The notes beneath the pieces were generated by a model, which saw nothing but the letters and a program-made list of their open reading frames with translations, did no database searches and was not told the DNA's origin. From contig JBLMWN010000154.1 of NCBI GenBank assembly GCA_050257255.1, forward strand, positions 1-37,484: a stretch of DNA of 37,484 nt. The letters are read 5' to 3'. Positions 33,452 to 37,484 of the stretch are shown in pieces. Position 1 is the stretch's first letter, and each line of letters starts with the position of its first letter. Position numbers and translations under genes: made by a program. This stretch comes from Betaproteobacteria bacterium (GTDB taxonomy: Bacteria; Nitrospirota; UBA9217).

Positions 33452-34405
33452 CTATCCTCTTAAAAGGATCACTGCTCCCGTCACCACCAGGTTCGCCAGC
33501 GACAGCGGCAGCATGACTTTCCAGCCGAATGACATAAGCTGGTCATACCGCGGCCGGGGAAGGGATGCCCGGAGCAGGATAAAGAAACAGATGAACACAA
33601 AGGTTTTGATCAAGAACCAGGCCAGTGGCGGCAGCACCGGCCCAAGCCAGCCACCGAAAAAAAGCGTCACCGTGAGCGCCGAAATCAGCGTGATACCGAG
33701 ATACTCGCCCACGAAAAACATACCGAACTTCATGCCCGAGTACTCCGAATGATACCCGGCAACAAGTTCGCTTTCCGCCTCCGGCAGGTCAAAGGGCAGG
33801 CGGTGCGTTTCAGCGATGCCTGCGATGAAGAAAACGACAAAACCAACGAACTGCGGCACCACGAACCACAGGCGGCGCTGGGCCTCGACGATTTCTCTCA
33901 GATTAAAGGAGCCGGCGATCATGACAACGCCCATAAGAGACAGGCCCATGAAAATTTCATAACTCAGCATCTGCGCCGATGCGCGTAGACCGCCCAAAAG
34001 AGAATACTTGCTGTCGGACGCCCATCCTGCCAGCGCCACGCTATATACCCCCAGAGACGACATGGCCAGGAAAAAAAGGAGCCCGATGTTCAGGTCCACG
34101 ATCTTGATGCCCGGCGCAAAGGGAATGACCGTGTAGGACATGAGAACCACCACGACGATCACGGCCGGAGCGATAATGAACACGGCCTTGTCGGCAAAGG
34201 GCGGTATCCAGTCTTCCTTGGTGAAGACCTTGATCATGTCTGCCAGCACCTGAAGGAGGCCGAATGGGCCGACGCGGTTCGGACCGTAGCGGTCCTGCCA
34301 CAGTCCGAGCAGCCTGCGCTCCATCCAGATGAGCATCCCCCCGATGGTCAATACCGCGAAAAGTACGCTGAAAATGATGACGAGTTGTCTTATTGTTTCC
34401 GACAT
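33452..34405 (-). CDS. nuoH: NADH-quinone oxidoreductase subunit H
   Basis: 317-aa polytopic protein. [24 protein letters not shown] and [24 protein letters not shown] are NuoH/ND1 signatures. Confidence 0.95.
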   Translation of the reverse strand: MSETIRQLVIIFSVLFAVLTIGGMLIWMERRLLGLWQDRYGPNRVGPFGLLQVLADMIKVFTKEDWIPPFADKAVFIIAPAVIVVVVLMSYTVIPFAPGIKIVDLNIGLLFFLAMSSLGVYSVALAGWASDSKYSLLGGLRASAQMLSYEIFMGLSLMGVVMIAGSFNLREIVEAQRRLWFVVPQFVGFVVFFIAGIAETHRLPFDLPEAESELVAGYHSEYSGMKFGMFFVGEYLGITLISALTVTLFFGGWLGPVLPPLAWFLIKTFVFICFFILLRASLPRPRYDQLMSFGWKVMLPLSLANLVVTGAVILLRG

Positions 34406-34417
34406 GTCATGACGCCT

Positions 34418-37117
34418 TTACAATTCTACTATATTAGGAAGAACAAAATTCAAAGATACGTTACGAGCTGAATACAAACCGGCCATGCCCCTGGGCATTT
34501 CCGATAAGACTTTCACGCCCATTGTGTGCACCGTGTCGGCAATTGATAATTCTATTGTTCCTCCGTCGGCCACCTTGAGCCGCGACGCATCATCGGGATT
34601 GAGCGCGAGGTAAGGCTTTGGCGCCCGATCAGCGATGCCGGGGGACAGGATGCTTAACTCCTCGGAGCCGAAAACATGATAGAACGGCACGATCAGCCAT
34701 TCATTCTCTTTTGATTTTACGGGTTCGGGCATATTCCGGAAGCAGGGTTCCTTATTAGTTACCGAAGGCTCAATCAATCTCCTGCCCGGATCGCCGTTGC
34801 GGAGCGGGCCGCCGACCTCCTGCTGAAACCTGTTCAAGGCCTGGACCGAATTCCAGCCGGGCGACCAGTAGCGTGAGATCAAGGGAGCCGGAGGCCGGCC
34901 TTCGTATCCTTCCATCGAGAAGGAGAGGGGTGAATCCGGGTCGTCAGGCGGCTTAGGTTCGTGGATATTGATGTTCGCCAGCATGGCGGTCCTGCCGCTG
35001 TATCGGTGAGGCTGGCGCGGGATCTTCTGATCGGCTATTCGGAAATCAGAGTCTGGGGCTAATTCCTGTAGCAGCGTGAACGCCGGCAACGTTGCTGTAA
35101 TGTCGGCTGTTATATCATCCAGATTCTGCCACGGTGCTTCTTTACGCCCCGATGCCGCCATTATATCGCTGATCCATCTCCAACTTTCCTGAACATCCAG
35201 ATCGGGCTTCATAACCTGATAGAACCGCTGGCAGCGGCCTTCGTTGTTTACGAGCGTCCCGCTAGACTCAGCAAACGTGCCCGCAGGGAGCGCAATCTCC
35301 ACGTTGGATGAAGTAGGGTTGATCAGATGATCCAGAGCGATAACGTGCCTGGCCTTGTTCAGGAAATCATCGACTGACCGCTGGTCTGCCCTTCGATAAA
35401 GGTCGTTTTCGAGGATGATCACCGTGTCGGCCCGGATATTTTGAACAGCGTGGAAGGCTTCATCCAGGTTTTTCCCGCTCAAAAGACCAAGCCCCATGCT
35501 GTTGCATTCAGGAACAGCGCAGCAAAGTCCCGCAGGTTTGCCGCTTTCACAGAGCGCCCATGCCACATCGGCCGCTGCCTGGACGATTGCTTCGCTGCCC
35601 AGGCTTGTACCGGCGACAATGAGCGGACGTTTCGCTTTCTTGAGCGCACCGGCGACCTCTTTTGCTTTTTTGATGACCGTTTCACGAAGGCCTGTGACAG
35701 CCGGAGCCTCGGAATTCAGTTCATGAGCAACTGCGAAACCGAGCCGGGCGATATCATCAGGTGCGGCATGGTAAGTCCTTGTTGCTACGTCATCCAGCCT
35801 GGTCCCTGCGACCGATGCAATAAAGAGCGGGCTTCTTTTATCTTGAGCGGCATTGCGGACAGCTGAATCGTCCCACTCCGGGACGTTGATCTTGCCGGCG
35901 ATTTCAAAGCTTTTCTGACGCACGGACCGCCGGAGCGCAAGGGCGAGCATGGGTGCAGTATTGGTCACGTCCTCGCCGAGCACGAGCACGGCATCAGACG
36001 TTTCTACGTCATGCAGCGACGGCGTGCGTGCCGGACCTTTTGTGAATTTCTCGATGATCATCGTGACAAGATGCTGCTCCTTGAGGGACATGCCTGAATA
36101 AAAATTGTCCGGGCCGACAAGCGTGCGAAGCGCAAAATTCGATTCGAGAGACGCGCGCGGAGAGCCGATTCCGATAATGCCCCTGCTCTGGGCAAGGATG
36201 TCATGAATGCGATTGAGTGCTGCTGCCTTTTCCACGGGTTTCTGCACGCCCTGCCCGGATTCTTTGAGCAGGGCCTTTCTGATTCTCCGGCCGCTGTTTA
36301 CGAACTCGTAGCCGAACCGTCCGCGGTCGCAGAGAAAGTAGCCGTTCACTGCGTGGTTGTAGCGATTCAGTATCCGTCTGAGCGTGCCGTACCGCTCGCC
36401 CGGTATGGTGTTGCATCCGATGCCGCAATGGACACAGACCGAGGGCGCGGTCTGGAGGTCCCATTTGCGCGTGTAGTGCCGCTTTAACGTTTTGTCCGTG
36501 AAAACGCCCGTGGGACAGACCTCAACGAGGTTGCCACTGAACTCGCTTTCGAGCATGCCGTCTTCGTCCCTGCCGAAATACACTGCGTCATGGCAGGCGA
36601 ATGCATGAAAGTCCCTGCCGCCAGCGTAGTCGCGATAGAACCTGACGCAGCGGTAGCACTGGATGCAGCGGTTCATCTCATGGTTGATGAACGGGCCGAG
36701 ATCCTGGTTCCGGTGCGTCCTTTTCCTGAAGCGCGTCCGACGGTAGTCGTGGCCGGTCATCACCGTCATGTCCTGCAAATGGCACTCGCCGCCCTCGTCG
36801 CAGACGGGGCAGTCGTGCGGATGGTTCAGCATGAGCCACTCAATCACGCTCGACCGGAATGCCCGCGCATCGCCGTCGTCCACCGAGAGGCGCAACCCTT
36901 CGGCCACCGGCGTCATGCAGGACATGACAATCCGGCCGCGCGTGTCCTTCTCGTCCCTGAACAATTTCACCGCGCACTGCCTGCAGGCGCCGACGGAGTG
37001 CATGGCCGGGTGCCAGCAGAAGTAGGGCAGGTCGAAGCCGAGCGAGAGGCAGGCCTGGAGAAGGTTCTGGCCTTCCTTGACTTGGTAGGGTTTGTTGTCG
37101 ATGAAGATGGTAATCAT
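34418..37117 (-). CDS. nuoG: NADH-quinone oxidoreductase subunit G (long, E. coli-type)
   Basis: MITIFIDNKPYQVKEGQNLLQACLSLGFDLPYFCWHPAMHSVGACRQCAVK...NHPHDCPVCDEGGECHLQD...RCIQCYRCVRFY parallels E. coli NuoG almost motif for motif. The ATG at 37117 is preferred over the track GTG at 37132. Confidence 0.9.
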   Translation of the reverse strand: MITIFIDNKPYQVKEGQNLLQACLSLGFDLPYFCWHPAMHSVGACRQCAVKLFRDEKDTRGRIVMSCMTPVAEGLRLSVDDGDARAFRSSVIEWLMLNHPHDCPVCDEGGECHLQDMTVMTGHDYRRTRFRKRTHRNQDLGPFINHEMNRCIQCYRCVRFYRDYAGGRDFHAFACHDAVYFGRDEDGMLESEFSGNLVEVCPTGVFTDKTLKRHYTRKWDLQTAPSVCVHCGIGCNTIPGERYGTLRRILNRYNHAVNGYFLCDRGRFGYEFVNSGRRIRKALLKESGQGVQKPVEKAAALNRIHDILAQSRGIIGIGSPRASLESNFALRTLVGPDNFYSGMSLKEQHLVTMIIEKFTKGPARTPSLHDVETSDAVLVLGEDVTNTAPMLALALRRSVRQKSFEIAGKINVPEWDDSAVRNAAQDKRSPLFIASVAGTRLDDVATRTYHAAPDDIARLGFAVAHELNSEAPAVTGLRETVIKKAKEVAGALKKAKRPLIVAGTSLGSEAIVQAAADVAWALCESGKPAGLCCAVPECNSMGLGLLSGKNLDEAFHAVQNIRADTVIILENDLYRRADQRSVDDFLNKARHVIALDHLINPTSSNVEIALPAGTFAESSGTLVNNEGRCQRFYQVMKPDLDVQESWRWISDIMAASGRKEAPWQNLDDITADITATLPAFTLLQELAPDSDFRIADQKIPRQPHRYSGRTAMLANINIHEPKPPDDPDSPLSFSMEGYEGRPPAPLISRYWSPGWNSVQALNRFQQEVGGPLRNGDPGRRLIEPSVTNKEPCFRNMPEPVKSKENEWLIVPFYHVFGSEELSILSPGIADRAPKPYLALNPDDASRLKVADGGTIELSIADTVHTMGVKVLSEMPRGMAGLYSARNVSLNFVLPNIVEL

Positions 37118-37198
37118 AAAAACCTTTGACACGGATTTGCACTGATTAAAATCCGGATAAAATCGGATACTTAGAAATTGTTTGTGAAAAAAACAAGC

Positions 37199-37484
37199 TT
37201 AGAAGACACGGCGAACGATTTTTAGCTTTTCTCCGAAATTGATCAGCAACCCGACCTTTACGCCTGTGGCCTTAAGATAATTAACCAACTGTGCTTCATG
37301 GACTTTTGTAAGTACGGAAACAGCTTTTAACTCAAGGATGATTTTATTGTCAACGAAGATGTCGGCAAAGTATTCGCCGACAAGCTTGTCTTCAAATCGA
37401 ACATTAATAGGGGCTTGTTGGATTGAGGGGAGTTTTTTTTGAACCAATTTGATCATCATGGCATTTTCGTAAACTTTTTCCGAA
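37199..37484 (-). CDS. GxxExxY family protein (PD-(D/E)xK-like), 5' end outside window
   Basis: The frame stays open to the window edge: ...SEKVYENAMMIKLVQKKLPSIQQAPINVRFEDKLVGEYFADIFVDNKIILELKAVSVLTKVHEAQLVNYLKATGVKVGLLINFGEKLKIVRRVF. The VGEYxADxxV, ELKAV, HEAQLxNYLKATG and GLLINFG motifs are the family hallmarks. It is AT-rich relative to nuoG. Confidence 0.8.
   Translation of the reverse strand, partial: SEKVYENAMMIKLVQKKLPSIQQAPINVRFEDKLVGEYFADIFVDNKIILELKAVSVLTKVHEAQLVNYLKATGVKVGLLINFGEKLKIVRRVF

Noticed and set aside
1-37484. Scan for CRISPR arrays, tRNA or rRNA genes, transposases, integrases, toxin-antitoxin pairs and known defence operons
   Set aside because: None seen. The only repeats are the intragenic degenerate 36-mer (497-640), the double-hairpin/MITE-like copies and the DUF559 flanking inverted repeats. 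No spacer-repeat periodicity or cloverleaf-like sequence was noticed by eye.

Overview
This is a 37.5-kb chromosomal segment from a moderately GC-rich bacterium. GC was judged by eye, not computed. Gene content (sigma-54 regulator, a selenoprotein, minimal SufBC, E. coli-type NuoG) fits an anaerobic or microaerophilic Nitrospirota- or Desulfobacterota-like lineage, but taxonomy cannot be established from the window. The plus strand (1-24.3 kb) starts with the 3' end of an nth-like gene and a DUF4253-like protein with a Ser/Thr-repeat N-terminus. Next comes a four-gene putative metal-sensing block: Met-rich YtkA/FixH-like lipoprotein, histidine kinase, NtrC-type regulator and CopZ. It continues with a class II aldolase, a repeat protein, ApbE and ArsC. 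After that come a HesB/IscA-like selenoprotein missed by the ORF track (in-frame UGA plus SECIS-like hairpin), a thioredoxin/DsbD-like membrane fusion, and SufC with SufB/D. Two minus-strand genes interrupt the run here: a stand-alone fabF and a lower-GC hypothetical. The plus strand resumes with DUF4912 and a GH57 branching enzyme, and a GlcD-like FAD oxidase broken by one in-frame TAG. It ends with an L,D-transpeptidase and an apparently inactive paralogue, an HD-domain (SAMHD1/dGTPase-like) protein, and a PAS-GGDEF cyclase. The minus strand (24.3-37.5 kb) carries transketolase and nuoGHIJKLMN. The nuo operon contains several co-oriented small inserts. These are a DUF559 endonuclease gene bracketed by hairpin-containing inverted repeats between nuoL and nuoM, and two copies of a roughly 70-bp double-hairpin repeat, one with MITE-like inverted repeats and a 5-bp flanking duplication. 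A GxxExxY (PD-(D/E)xK-like) gene also sits just upstream of nuoG. I saw no CRISPR array, tRNA, rRNA, transposase, integrase or recognisable multi-gene defence system. The best candidates for follow-up are the hidden selenoprotein with its Fe-S/thiol-redox neighbours and the colonisation of the nuo operon by small elements. All family assignments come from motif recognition by eye; no searches were run.
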